A DNA stretch of 63,977 nucleotides, filler included, from Globobulimina sp. (Eukaryota), in assembly GCA_003354225.1 (NCBI GenBank). It is 47 parts of 47 records of this genome, joined end to end, with 100 filler letters (N's around TTAATTAATTAA, not from the genome) between each part and the next. Parts side by side here need not be neighbours in the genome. Positions count along the whole stretch, not along the records: positions 50,453 to 51,715 come from PIVH01019880.1; positions 51,816 to 53,078 come from PIVH01019881.1; positions 53,179 to 54,441 come from PIVH01019882.1; positions 54,542 to 55,804 come from PIVH01019883.1; positions 55,905 to 57,167 come from PIVH01019884.1; positions 57,268 to 58,529 come from PIVH01019885.1; positions 58,630 to 59,891 come from PIVH01019886.1; positions 59,992 to 61,253 come from PIVH01019887.1; 39 more parts are not named here. One strand, written 5' to 3'. Below, piece after piece: positions 50,453 through 62,715 of the stretch (position 1 is its first letter; each line of letters begins with the position of its first letter). Position numbers and translations under genes: made by a program. The notes beneath the pieces were generated by a model. It was not told the origin of the DNA, made no database searches, and saw only the letters and a program-made list of their open reading frames with translations.

Positions 50453-51715
50453 GTCGAGGAGGTTGGCCTCTTGTAGGACGAGTAGAACGACGCAATGGAG
50501 GCTGGGCCATAGCTTCTTCAGGAACTGGTATAGTGTCCATTCCAACGTCTTGATTGATTTGAGGAGGTGGATCGTAGACATGACGAAGCTTGCGTGCATT
50601 CCATACATAACCATCAGATAGTTTGTAGGTCCAGTTTCCCAATACTTGTGTGATAGTACGTGGTTTAGAAAATGGGGATGATCCTTTAGGCACATGAGGC
50701 AGTCTAACGCGGACTCTTTCACCCAATTTGAATGGACCAGGAAAACGTTGTTTAGGTTGATTGTCGGTAACTGGAATTGACCTGCCAAAGTCAACATTAA
50801 CAACTGGAGGTGACCTGCCAAAGTCAGTGACGGTATTACTTTCTTCTGAATGTTTACGCGAACGAACGATCTCGAAATCCATGCGAAGTTTGCGATTGAG
50901 GAAAAGTTCAGCTGGGCTTTTTCCATCGGGAGTCGGAGATGTCGCGCGAAATTGGAAAAGTAGATCGAGCAGACCACAAGACCATTGAGCATGACTAGCT
51001 TCGAAAGTTTGAACTCCGTGCTTTAAGTAGCGATTGAAAACTTCCACTAAACCATTGTGTTGAGGATGGTACACTGGTGCACGTTCATGTTCAATGTCTT
51101 TACTGTGTAAGAAGTTGACAAATTCAGCACTAATGAATTGAGGGCCATTGTCGGAAACGAGACGTGTCGGATTTCCATAACGTGAAAACAATTCATTCAA
51201 CCATTTGATGATTCGACCTGATGTTGTATCAGAAGTGCATAGAATTTCAGGAAACTTTGAGTAATAATCAATGATGACAACAATCCATCGCATGTTGTGG
51301 GGAGCATTGTCGAAAGGTCCAGTTATATCGATAGCGAGTTTTTCCCAGGGCTTATCAGGTAGTGGAATACGATAAGGTTCAATATGGAGTTTAGGGGCCG
51401 ATTTTGCGGAATCTTGGCATGGCAGGCAGTGTTTGACATACTGTTCAATTTGTTTATCCATACCGGGCCACCAGTATGACTCACGAAGTTTGCGTTTCAT
51501 ACGAACTATCCCGGGATGACCAATATGTGCCATTTGAAGCAAACGAACACGTAACGATTCAGGAACCAAAATTCGGTGAGGTTCACGCATGATATAACCA
51601 TCTTCGAGTGACAATTCGTTTCGTAACTGAGCATAAGGAATGAGTTCAGCCAAAAGTTTGTTTCGAGCTGGCCAATGCGATCTAAGAGCAGAACGAAGTT
51701 GTGCGAAGATGTGAT
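50453..51715 (-). mobile_element. Ty3/gypsy LTR retrotransposon integrase (K02A2.6-like)
   Basis: HHCC zinc finger (AHIGHPG...CLPC) and DDE core (IDITGP, VSDNGPQF, HNGLVE), followed by SPAELFLNR. Confidence 0.96.
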
Positions 51716-51816
51716 NNNNNNNNNNNNNNNNNNNNNNNNNNNNNNNNNNNNNNNNNNNNTTAATTAATTAANNNNNNNNNNNNNNNNNNNNNNNNNNNNN
51801 NNNNNNNNNNNNNNNT

Positions 51817-53078
51817 GCGGCATCACAGACAGATGCTGATAGTCCATATGTGACAATATCTAATATCAAAGGGATACAATTAGACCCAAATAACGCGGAT
51901 ATAAATTATGGTGGCCCTTATTTTTTATTAATTGGTTTAAAAAACACAACGACGAAGTCTTGGACAAATTATTATGAAATTAACAGAAATGATAGCAATA
52001 TTAACTGGTTTAACGACAATCTGTATAAATATTTATTGTATAATGATAATGCCATTAAATTTGATTTAGCATTGATTAAATTTGGACAATATGATGATGT
52101 ATCTATGAGTATTGGTGTTGGAAATGAGTTGACTTCGATTGCAATATACGTGGCGATGATAAATAAATTTAATAACAAATCTTTTATTGCTCAATGTAGC
52201 AAACACGAATATACTTTTTATAATTCTTTTGGCTGGAAATATTTACCAAATATCCAAGCTGGAATGGTTTATAATCCATTAATGTATTGGACAAAAGTAG
52301 CGGATGGCTTTGAAATATCATCCAATTCATTATCTTCGTTGGATATAAGTATAACAAAAACCAGCATAACACCGATAATAAAAATTAAAAACCACACATT
52401 TTATGCCGGTGCTACACAGCAGATATATGTCACCGATGCAAGTGTCAATATTCCGACAAATATATCCTTGCAAATTGAACAATGTATTAATAATAAATGT
52501 AATTTATTTGCAGACACATTGAGACATATTCAGTATACAAAAAAGGAGCAATCAGACATTGAGATGACATTTCCAGACACGTTACAAAGTAATTTTAAAT
52601 CGTTAACAAATGGATTGAAAACATATTTAATGTCAGCAATAGATTTATGTGCAACAAGTGAGAATATCACAACACGAACAGAGATAGAAATATTACCATT
52701 GTTTAGTACCTATATCATCGGCGATGTGTTAAGTAATGAGGTTAAATGGGATAATTTATTATTTCCTCCGCATGATAAATTAATTGAATTGCGATTATTG
52801 TATTGGGACAATGATGAATTTAATCGTGAATATAACGTATTGTCGTTTGGAATGATAGAAAATAATGGAACATTAAAGAATTTCCAACCAAATTTAACCA
52901 TGAATGCAAAACATTTGCTAGTAAATAATGGTAATGTCGGTATTTTCAATTTATATTCCAACACAACTGCAGCTGGGTCGGCTGTCAATATTTATGAAGT
53001 AAATATTACCTCGCGAGTATATAATTTATTTCAGGCGTTTTCAATTAACGCAGCAGTAAATGGGACGGTCGTTGCCAA
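51817..53078 (+). CDS. Hypothetical beta-rich extracellular protein, internal fragment
   Basis: Frame is open across the contig (420 aa), with many N-glycosylation sequons. Confidence 0.6.
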
Positions 53079-53178
53079 NNNNNNNNNNNNNNNNNNNNNN
53101 NNNNNNNNNNNNNNNNNNNNNNTTAATTAATTAANNNNNNNNNNNNNNNNNNNNNNNNNNNNNNNNNNNNNNNNNNNN

Positions 53179-53416
53179 GTTGAACAGGCTTTCAATATTG
53201 GAAAACGGGGCTGTGGGGATGCCAAGGCTGTTGATAAAGCTCTTTTCAATATGCCGATCTTGAGCAATCTCCAGCACTTTTCTTCCGGGCCGTACAGGAA
53301 CAATTTTTTCCAGAAAATCGAGGGTTTTGGTTGGAATATTTTCAAATTCCAGCGTAACGGCCTCAACTGACTTTGCAAATTTTTCGAGGGCGGATTTATC
53401 ATCATATTCCGCAATT
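53179..53416 (-). CDS. purK: Bacterial N5-CAIR synthetase fragment
   Basis: AEYDDKSALEKFAKSVEAVTLEFENIP...PVRPGRKVLEIAQDRHIEKSFINSLGIPTAPF is the characteristic PurK region. Confidence 0.9.
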
Positions 53417-53970
53417 TCTTTATGTCCGATTTGATACATTAATTCTAATGATATTTTCTGAGATTCTCCACATAATTTCATATAATATTTTTCTGTCAAT
53501 TTAAATTGTCCTTTAAAATCCAATATTATTCGATCAGTACAACTCCAAAAATTAAATTGATTGATATATAATTTATCAACTTCATACTTCAATTTTTTAA
53601 TACATTTAATCTCAATTTCACAAATTGTCCGTTTCGTATACGATGGGAATATTTCCTGCAATGTACACGGCCTTAAACGTGTATTACGGCTTTCAAAATA
53701 TTTTGATGACAATAAAAAACAGCCAATAACATCCTCCTTCGGTATATCTATTATAAAATCATTGTTTGATGGAATTCCCTGATTTAAGTCTTCAATCTGA
53801 AATATCGTATTTAAAATGGTATTGCCGCTTTGATTAAAACGAGTTCCGATCTTAATCAAGATTCTTATCAATTTAATATCAAGTTTCAGTTCATTCACTT
53901 CATTGTACATAAAATTGCAATCACTTTCAAAAGAGACACCTAAAGAGCCATTGTCAAAGTAACTCATTTT
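53417..53970 (-). CDS. Divergent cyclin-like protein (eukaryotic), truncated by the chimeric junction
   Basis: IGCFLLSSKYFE...ICEIEIKCIKKLKYEV matches cyclin-box helices 3 and 5. Confidence 0.65.
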
Positions 53971-54079
53971 TTGATGACGAAAAACATTTTGTAGCAAGGA
54001 AAGTAACTAACAATTAATTTTTAGATATTTCAAACAATTAAAGCCTCAGATCGGATATCCGGAGATATAATTAAATAGA

Positions 54080-54348
54080 TTATTTCTTATTTTTTTTATT
54101 TTTGTTAGTTTTTTTGATGCATTTCTCACAAAAAGAGATTAATTCTTGCAATGTGTCATTATCAATATAATAAACTTCAATTTCTAGATCCTCCTCACCC
54201 TCGCTGTCATTCAATGCCTGCGGTGATTTCTTATCGATGATCTCGACGACTTGGCCCAATTGATCCGATGTTATTTGTTTAATCAATTTCGTAAATTTCA
54301 TCCTGTCCTCTTGCGACGATTCCTCCAACGCCTTTTTCTGGTATTTGC
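54080..54348 (-). CDS. Extra-terminal (ET/NET) domain, last exon of a BET/GTE-like protein
   Basis: SQEDRMKFTKLIKQITSDQLGQVVEII...DLEIEVYYIDNDTLQEL. Confidence 0.8.
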
Positions 54349-54541
54349 TGTGTACACAGTGTTGTTTTGAGAAGGAACTGCGCGTGAATGATAACAATAG
54401 CAATAGTATTGAGGTTATGTGATTTTGTTTTGAATTTAAACNNNNNNNNNNNNNNNNNNNNNNNNNNNNNNNNNNNNNNNNNNNNTTAATTAATTAANNN
54501 NNNNNNNNNNNNNNNNNNNNNNNNNNNNNNNNNNNNNNNNN

Positions 54542-55804
54542 AGCGTCATGCATCCATCAAATGTTAGCTCAACATCCTGTATTATTTGTCTCGCCGAATG
54601 GAACAGATGCAAACAACACAAATTGCTCTCTACAACAGCCTTGTGGTACTGTATTGCACTAAAAACGTTTATATTCGGAACGGATTTTATAAACGCAGGT
54701 ACACTTAGTGAGTATTTTTGAATTAAGTGTTACCGGTTTCATAATAAAATTCGTCAACGAATCCCGACCATGCGGTGTATAACCTACAACATACTAAACA
54801 ACATATAACGAATAAGGCACATTATATCATGCATCATACCAACGAGAAAATGATGAATTACTCAGCAAATGGGATATTGCAGAAATAATCGTAAATGGCG
54901 TTAATTCCGATCAAATAAATGACTACACAGACTTGTTAATCTACATTACCATGCCATTAATTATCACTTTCCAAGAAATAACATTAGTGGAAATTTTAGA
55001 TTTGTGCGATTGGAATCGATGTGAATCTAAATGGAAATACATTATCACGGGCGGCATCACTGCAGCCGATGGTAAGTTGATTATTAATAATTTAATAGTT
55101 TATGACCAATGGTGGTATTTGGCGCGGGGTCCTTTGATTAGCTTAGATTACGGCACTTTGATACTAAACCATGCGAAATTCAATCGCGTTGAGACTGGAA
55201 CACTTGATTTCTACATTACTGCTCCAAACATTGAAATTTACGACACTCTGTTTTCTGACATATACATTGAGTGGACTTACGATTGGAATTCGGATCCTAC
55301 CTCAATGCATGGCTTCATATACCCCATAAATGGATACATCATAATGAAGAATTGCACCGTAACACTGTTAGATTTTTGGTGGACGCATTTTATTTTTGGA
55401 TACAATCTGAATTATGCGGTGGTCGAAAATTGTTTTTTTCATAATCAAATAAGATTTGATGAATTATATGCTTTGATTTATTTCCAATACGGGTCGAATA
55501 ATACGGATGGCCCATCAGTGTATGTCAACGATTCCTCATTTATCGATTGTATCAACGTTCTACATTTAGGCAAAGGATGTGATTTAAGCGCATCGCTGAA
55601 CAACATTGAGATTACAACATCACGTTTAAAATCTGATGATTTAGTGAACAATGCGGCCGCTTTAATTATGGTTTCTGAAACAGCACAATTAAGAATGACA
55701 AATATCAATGTGACGTATGAATGGATAGATAGTATTAACACAGTTTGCGGCTCGGATGGTGTTTGGAATTATTATGGCTGGGATGTAGGCAACCAAACAC
55801 ATAT
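54542..55804 (+). CDS. Secreted pectin-lyase-like beta-helix protein, spliced, partial
   Basis: First exon LFVSPNGTDANNTNCSLQQPCG, then beta-helix-type repeats (IYDTLFSDI, MKNCTV, VENCFFHN, VNDSSFID). Confidence 0.6.
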
Positions 55805-57267
55805 NNNNNNNNNNNNNNNNNNNNNNNNNNNNNNNNNNNNNNNNNNNNTTAATTAATTAANNNNNNNNNNNNNNNNNNNNNNNNNNNNNNNNNNNNNNNN
55901 NNNNGCTTACCGCAGCTCCATTTCGTATTTTGAATGCTTGCTTTGATTGGATCCTAAAACTAATTTAGAAAAAATAATAATATCATTTTAATTTTTTGAA
56001 AATAAAATAAAATAAACACGATGGTTTAGCTGAAAACGCAATTTTCCAACTTCAATCGCTTATAACTAACGAATGATTGGACGAAATTATCTGTTTTATA
56101 CATCAAAAAATTAAGAAATGTTCAATGAATAAAGATATCAAAAAAAATTTACTTTTAAAAAATAGTACGGTATATTTATTCGCCTCGAAAAGTATAAAAT
56201 ACCCAATGCAAAAAGGGGGCGGCGGTCGAGTCGGCCGAAACCACACCCACTACTAATTGGACCAATCACCGTTGGCGTGTGTTGTCTGCTGTAGTTTCGG
56301 AAGCGAAAACGAACAAAAAAGGCAGCAAAGTTTTGCAACGATTTTACGAACATGCGGCTTTCCAAAGATCTAAAACAAAAAGGAATGGACTAAACAAAGG
56401 CTCCTCTTGTGCATGACATTTTTATTTTTTGCGTTTTCGACTTTAAAGATGCAGAAATATCGATTTATATTTTACCGAAAATATCGGGGGCACAATTTTG
56501 CACCCGACGATAAAAGGAAAGGCTTATTCAGAAAACAAAAAATGTCAAGACCACAAACCCGTTCTTGCGCATCTTTTGACACTAAAATCAGAGAAATTGG
56601 TTACCGTTTGGCTGAGAAATACGTGCAATAAAAGTACACCGTTTTTTGGTAAAAAATAGCCTCCGGAGGTCTAGAAAACCGTCTAAATATTTCAAAATTA
56701 TAATGGATTTGCTTAACTTTTTGTCCTCTACAATAATTCAAAGCTTCCGAGTGTCTAAGTTTGCTAATTAAAATGATCAGCAGGTTTCCGCGCGAAACCA
56801 GCGTCGACGCAAGCACCGCACGCAACGATCACAGCGACACCTCGCGAAAAAGTAGTTTTTTGCCGTTTTCTCCATGAAGGTTTAATTTAGAGACTTCGGC
56901 ATAGTCTTAAAAATATTCTACGGCATTGTTTTACCCAGAAAGTTTTAAAATATAGCAAAAAATTTGACAGAAAAGTTATTAGAATGATTTAAAGGTTTTT
57001 TCAACGGCCAAACCATCGTGTCTATAATATGCTGCTACACATTCTTTAGCTGATGCTACTTGCAATGGCGTTGCATAAGTGAATCGAGTATAACGGTCAA
57101 TAGCATGGAATATGTACCTATATGGGCTTCTAGGATCGTAAATTGGACCAATCAAATCAATATGTATNNNNNNNNNNNNNNNNNNNNNNNNNNNNNNNNN
57201 NNNNNNNNNNNTTAATTAATTAANNNNNNNNNNNNNNNNNNNNNNNNNNNNNNNNNNNNNNNNNNNN

Positions 57268-58529
57268 TCTTTCATTACGTGTGGACACTCCACCAAAACA
57301 TAATCTAAATAAATAGAATCGCACTTCACAGATGCGGGTTTAATCTCCCTTACTTCAGAGAGGAAGCACAGTTGAATAAATAATATCCTTCTGTGAGTTA
57401 TCCACCATAATACGAATGCGAATAATATATAATCCATGACATGTACATAATAAAATTGATTAATAATCCAATGTAAAAATAAGCCACAAAAAATACGGAA
57501 ATACCAATAATAAAATATGTAATACCAATAATAAAATATGTTCGACGCTCCCGGAATACCGCTACCACCACAAACACAAACAAAAACATGCAGCAGTTCA
57601 AAAACTAAAGCAAACCATAAGATGTTGCTTATAATGTCGACCGATGCCATAACAGGCTCATAGCTCAATGATAGCAATAAAATATCAAAGAGATGCGGTA
57701 CTGACACACTCCACGTCGATTGCGAGCAACCCACTGGTGCGTACCCCATATCGGTTGGTCCAAACCATACACGTTGTATCCATAAAGGACTAATAATTAT
57801 AATATAAATAAAATATACCGAAATTATAGTGTTGATCTGTTGAATTTCGTTACTGAACCTCATAAAGAGATATTTGGATTTTTGGGAATCCGTTGAAATG
57901 TCGATGACTGAAATTGATTTAATTAATATAAAAATAACAGAGCGAGGCCAGGGTAATACAAAATAAGCACCTCCTGCAATGCACACTCCCGTTACAAAAA
58001 GAAAATAAGTAAACTCTGTCATTTAAAACATGAAGAGCGAGAAAAGAAAGGTTTTTTTGTTGATGAAACATCAGCAAAAAACTACTTAAGTCACACTCAC
58101 ACCAAACACACAAAATAAACAAATTAACATTATAAGTCAACAATGTCACAAATTCGCAAAATAATATTTGACTTTTATATATTACAAAATAACTAAGCAA
58201 TCCGACCAAATTCCGGCGTGTCAATTAAACTGATCCATACTACCATGCCTGCCATAAAAATCCATTAGACACACCATATGCAATACAACCCATTGAATTT
58301 GTTCTGGTACGAAACCGCTTATCCCTCCAACGCGAAATAAATGCAATATAATGAGAGTAAAATAGAATAATATCCATACCCATGGCACTGCTTTCCTCGC
58401 GATTTTGGCATCTTTCATTACGTGTGGACACTCCACCAAAACATAATCTAAATAAATAGAATCGCACTTCACAGATGCGGGTTTAATCTCCCTTACTTCA
58501 GAGAGGAAGCACAGTTGAATAAATAATAT
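57268..58529 (-). pseudogene. Fragmented hydrophobic membrane-protein coding sequence in a loop contig (119-bp terminal repeat, 57268-57386 = 58411-58529)
   Basis: Several broken hydrophobic ORFs. The contig ends are identical over 119 bp. Confidence 0.45.
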
Positions 58530-58887
58530 NNNNNNNNNNNNNNNNNNNNNNNNNNNNNNNNNNNNNNNNNNNNTTAATTAATTAANNNNNNNNNNNNNNN
58601 NNNNNNNNNNNNNNNNNNNNNNNNNNNNNAATTTCAGCATTTTTTGGATTGGTAAAAATAAATTAAGCTATGGTTGAAAACTTTTGCTGAAAACTTTTGC
58701 TGTCAGCAACTGAAGTGGGTAAAATTCTTAATTAGAAAATAGATTTGCCCCAAAGTCCCAAACGAGAGTTTCCAGAAATTTCTTCGCCGTTAAAACGACA
58801 ACATGTACAAATTAGCCTCCTGTTTGTACTTGTCTTGTATACAAATAACGTAAATATCTAAACTGAAATACAGAAACAAAAACAAAA

Positions 58888-59890
58888 TTAAACGCGAAGA
58901 AATGGATGATTTTGAATTTGTGTCAAAGAAATTCTGTCTTTTTCATTCATAAATATTTGCTTTAATAAATCAAATATTTCCTCCGTAACAAAACATTCCT
59001 TATTCATCATAATTAACAATTGTCGAATCTTTCCATTTTTAATTAATTGGAATTGATAATCCCCACTATTTGGCGTATTATATGGATGATATCCGACACA
59101 CATTGTAAATAAACATACGCCGATCGACCAAATATCATTCAAACACGCATCAAATGCCTTTATTTTACAGAATGCCTCCGGCGACATATACCTTCTCGCA
59201 CCCACAAACTTATTACATTTAAAATCATTTTGTAATTTGAATGAGTTCGCTAAGCCAAAATCGCACAAAACAATTTGGAAATCTTTGCTAATTTTCATTG
59301 CACCATTCTCGTCTTCAATAATCTGCACATTTTTAATCAATATATTACATAATGACATATCTAAATGGCCGATCATTAATTTGTGATATAAAAGCTCCAT
59401 GAAATCAATAATTTGTTTAAATATTAATTGAATAATAATTATCCATTCACCAATTTCTAACTTTCCATCAAATATTAATTTATGGCATTTTTCAATGAAA
59501 GCATTTAGTGATTCGCCTCCATCTGACATTATAAAGAAATAATTATGTGAATCATTAAAGAAATCAATATATTTTACGAACGCTGCAGCTATATTTTGTT
59601 CATATAATTGTATTGTTACTTGTTTTAATATTTTAACTTCGTCCAATAAGTTTTCTGGTAATTTTATAGTGACTCCAGATGCTAATTTTCCAAGTCCATT
59701 ATCTACTAAATCTTTAGAAGCAATTTTAATAATTACAGTGTTGGATGTGTTGGTATTCACTGCTTTGTATACAGCACCTTGCGATGTTTTGGTTAATTTG
59801 TGGAGAATTTTATATCCTTTGTTATTTAATATCGTTTCTATCTTATATTCATTTTTTGTGATTGGTAATAATTCATCGTCAAATTTATTT
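58888..59890 (-). CDS. Ser/Thr protein kinase (CAMK-like, HLD catalytic loop), 5'-partial
   Basis: VIIK, GHLDMSLCNIL, CDFGLA, YMSPE and DIWSIGV. Confidence 0.92.
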
Positions 59891-60196
59891 GNNNNNNNNN
59901 NNNNNNNNNNNNNNNNNNNNNNNNNNNNNNNNNNNTTAATTAATTAANNNNNNNNNNNNNNNNNNNNNNNNNNNNNNNNNNNNNNNNNNNNCACATTCAA
60001 TGGACAAATTAAAAGGAAAAAAAAATACATCATTAAATAGTGATATTGTAAACAAACAAAATCCAGTCAAACGACCCACAGACTAAAAAACAACACAAAA
60101 AAACTTTTCATTATGCCAAAAATAAATAAAAAAAAAATGCAAATGTCAAAAAAAAAAATGTCATTGCGTCTCGTCTCTTTCATAAAAAAAACCAAT

Positions 60197-61211
60197 TCAC
60201 ATAGTTAAACAACCTCCTTTTTTATTATTTTTATCAACCATATCTGGCGATATTTCAATTCTGGCGATTTCTTCTTGCGAAGGATTATATAATCTCGCAC
60301 AATCATCGTGATTACCAGTCCAGACATCGCAGCCCCAAAACACATAACCGCCCTCATAATCGCCCACAAGTTTCCTTCCTTTATTGTTGCCATTGGCGCC
60401 ATCCTCGCAAATCTCTTTATACATTTGTTGCCCGACATAGATCCTCAACGTATCCTTACTGCTCAACACCGTCTTGTTGGGTAACTCGTATTGCATATCA
60501 CCGGTTTGATTGGCTAATGAATAACCATCCAATTCAATGGCAGTCTCGCCCATATTTTGGATCTCAATCATACCTTTATTTAAATCTAAACCACTAAACT
60601 GCAACGACCCGCCTTCGATCCCAATGGGCGTCGTATATGTATCGAAAGTATCTTCTTCATCTTTCATCTCAGTGTCACTGATATCACCATCGGATTGGAA
60701 CGACTTTAAATCTTTTTCAGCAATGGCGGCGGCACGGGCTATACCAGGAGTTATTATCTTCACTGCTTCGCAATTCATACTGTTATTACTATTGTTACTG
60801 TTGCTGTTTGCAACTACCACCTCTTTAATTTGCTTGATTGGCAACGCAGCGATGGGACCCATTGGTGTCATGTTGTTAAATCTCTTTCTTTTCCGCGAAT
60901 TTTTATTGGACATAGCAGATAAAGGCGATTGATAACCACATTCTTGTTCCGCTTCATTTAATATATTGCGGTATAATTCAATCTCAGAGTCTAATTGTAA
61001 TTTTATACCGGCCAACTCATCAAATTGTAATTCTTTTGCTTTAAAGCGATCGCGTTCTTGTAATATCATAGCATTTTTATGTTTAATTTCATTGTCTTTG
61101 GTACGGCGTAAATCATCTAAATCGTTACGTAATTTCTCATTCTCTTCTTCATTGCCACGATTTGTTACTTCTAACTCGGTTTTCTGTTGTTTTAATTTAC
61201 TAATTCGGGTT
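60197..61211 (-). CDS. Lamin (IF rod end, NLS, lamin-tail domain, CaaX), last exon
   Basis: KLQLDSEIELYRNIL (IF consensus), SRKRKR (NLS), LTD (IEIQNMG..IELDGYSL..LRIYVG..VW..ARLYNPSQEEIA) and C-terminal CLTM. Confidence 0.92.
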
Positions 61212-61355
61212 CTGTCAGATTTTATAGTTTGTATATTTTATACATTTCAAATANNNNNNNNNNNNNNNNNNNNNNNNNNNNNNNNNNNNNNNNNNNNTTA
61301 ATTAATTAANNNNNNNNNNNNNNNNNNNNNNNNNNNNNNNNNNNNNNNNNNNNCT

Positions 61356-62453
61356 TGTCATGCTTTATCCAACTTAGCAATGCAAGTTATTGTGGCACGA
61401 ATGATTGTCAGTAAGGGCGGATTTAACTTAATCAAGAAATGTCTATTGCGGTTTGAAGATGATCATAAACTCTGTTGGTTGGGCTCCAGTGCTGTATGGA
61501 ATTTGGCGCGACCGCCTGCCAACCGTAGTATTCTCGGAGCAGAAGCAGTAAAATTAATGTTACGAATGTTGGTAAATCATAGAGATCGAGAAAAGGTAAC
61601 CAATACATCAATTGGCGCATTATCCAATTTAAGTTTAACCGAGACACTGAAAAATATCATTGCGGAATCCGGCAATATTGAGATAGTACTGTCGGTATTA
61701 TCTGAGTATGTACAGAAACGCTCATTATGTGTCCTGACATCTGGAGCTGGTTTGGTGGCCAACCTGGCCGTATCAGACGCGCACGCAAACACATTGGTGA
61801 AAAAGAACGCAATTCACATATTGTTAAAATTATTACATTGGAGAGGGAAAGCTATCGATGACACACTGTATCGCAATGCCTGCGCAGCTCTGAATAATAT
61901 GGTGACTGCGACCAATTTTTTGGATTCTTTTCTAGAATCACGCGGAGTAGAAACTATATTTGAATTCTTAAAGATCAATGAAAACGATTTATACACCAAT
62001 CTATTGGAGAATTGTTTGAATAATATTGAAGTGGATGTTGGTGACATAACAACTAGCTTTCATTTATGTGCATCGCATGGAAGATTAGAAATATTACAAC
62101 AGCTAATCCAACAATATCCATTTACTGATTTAGATGCTGTAGATTCGAAAAAAATGACGTGTTTGGATTATGCAATTATCGCAAAACATGTTGATGTTAT
62201 TGAATTTTTGAGCAAATGTGGTGCGAAAGAATATCAACAAAATATATTATTGGATAACAATGATAATGAAGACGTCAAAAAACAAATACAAGATGCCATG
62301 TATAACGGTGTTGAAATATTACAAAATGTCTATAAAGTTAATGAGAACGCATTGTTACAGGGTTTACCATCATTTCCAAAGGAATTATGCAAATTAATGG
62401 TTACTTATAATAGCAATGTTGATATGTTACAAACTCTCAACCAATACAATTGA
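61356..62453 (+). CDS. Armadillo-repeat protein with C-terminal ankyrin repeats, 5'-partial
   Basis: ARM helices AVWNLA, GALSNLS, LVANLA and AALNNM. Ankyrin motifs TSFHLCASHGRLEILQQL and TCLDYAIIAKHVDVIEFL. Confidence 0.85.
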   Translation, partial: CHALSNLAMQVIVARMIVSKGGFNLIKKCLLRFEDDHKLCWLGSSAVWNLARPPANRSILGAEAVKLMLRMLVNHRDREKVTNTSIGALSNLSLTETLKNIIAESGNIEIVLSVLSEYVQKRSLCVLTSGAGLVANLAVSDAHANTLVKKNAIHILLKLLHWRGKAIDDTLYRNACAALNNMVTATNFLDSFLESRGVETIFEFLKINENDLYTNLLENCLNNIEVDVGDITTSFHLCASHGRLEILQQLIQQYPFTDLDAVDSKKMTCLDYAIIAKHVDVIEFLSKCGAKEYQQNILLDNNDNEDVKKQIQDAMYNGVEILQNVYKVNENALLQGLPSFPKELCKLMVTYNSNVDMLQTLNQYN

Positions 62454-62715
62454 AAAAAGATTTGTGATTGGTTGATGTTATTTGTTGTTTTGTTTTATAA
62501 TATTTATGTGACAATATACTATATATTATATGGAAAGTTTTTTTATTCAGTTCAATTTAGCTTCTGTCCAGTTGATTTTCTAAACTTTCTTTTTACAAAT
62601 AAACATCCGCCATGGNNNNNNNNNNNNNNNNNNNNNNNNNNNNNNNNNNNNNNNNNNNNTTAATTAATTAANNNNNNNNNNNNNNNNNNNNNNNNNNNNN
62701 NNNNNNNNNNNNNNN

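Noticed and set aside
55905-57167. Short ORFs in this contig and in 39549-40811
   Set aside because: No recognisable motifs. The sequence looks like non-coding interspersed repeat DNA that I cannot classify.
1265-62715. Regularly spaced TTAATTAATTAA as a biological repeat array
   Set aside because: It is always embedded in fixed N runs and is a six-frame-stop linker added during concatenation.
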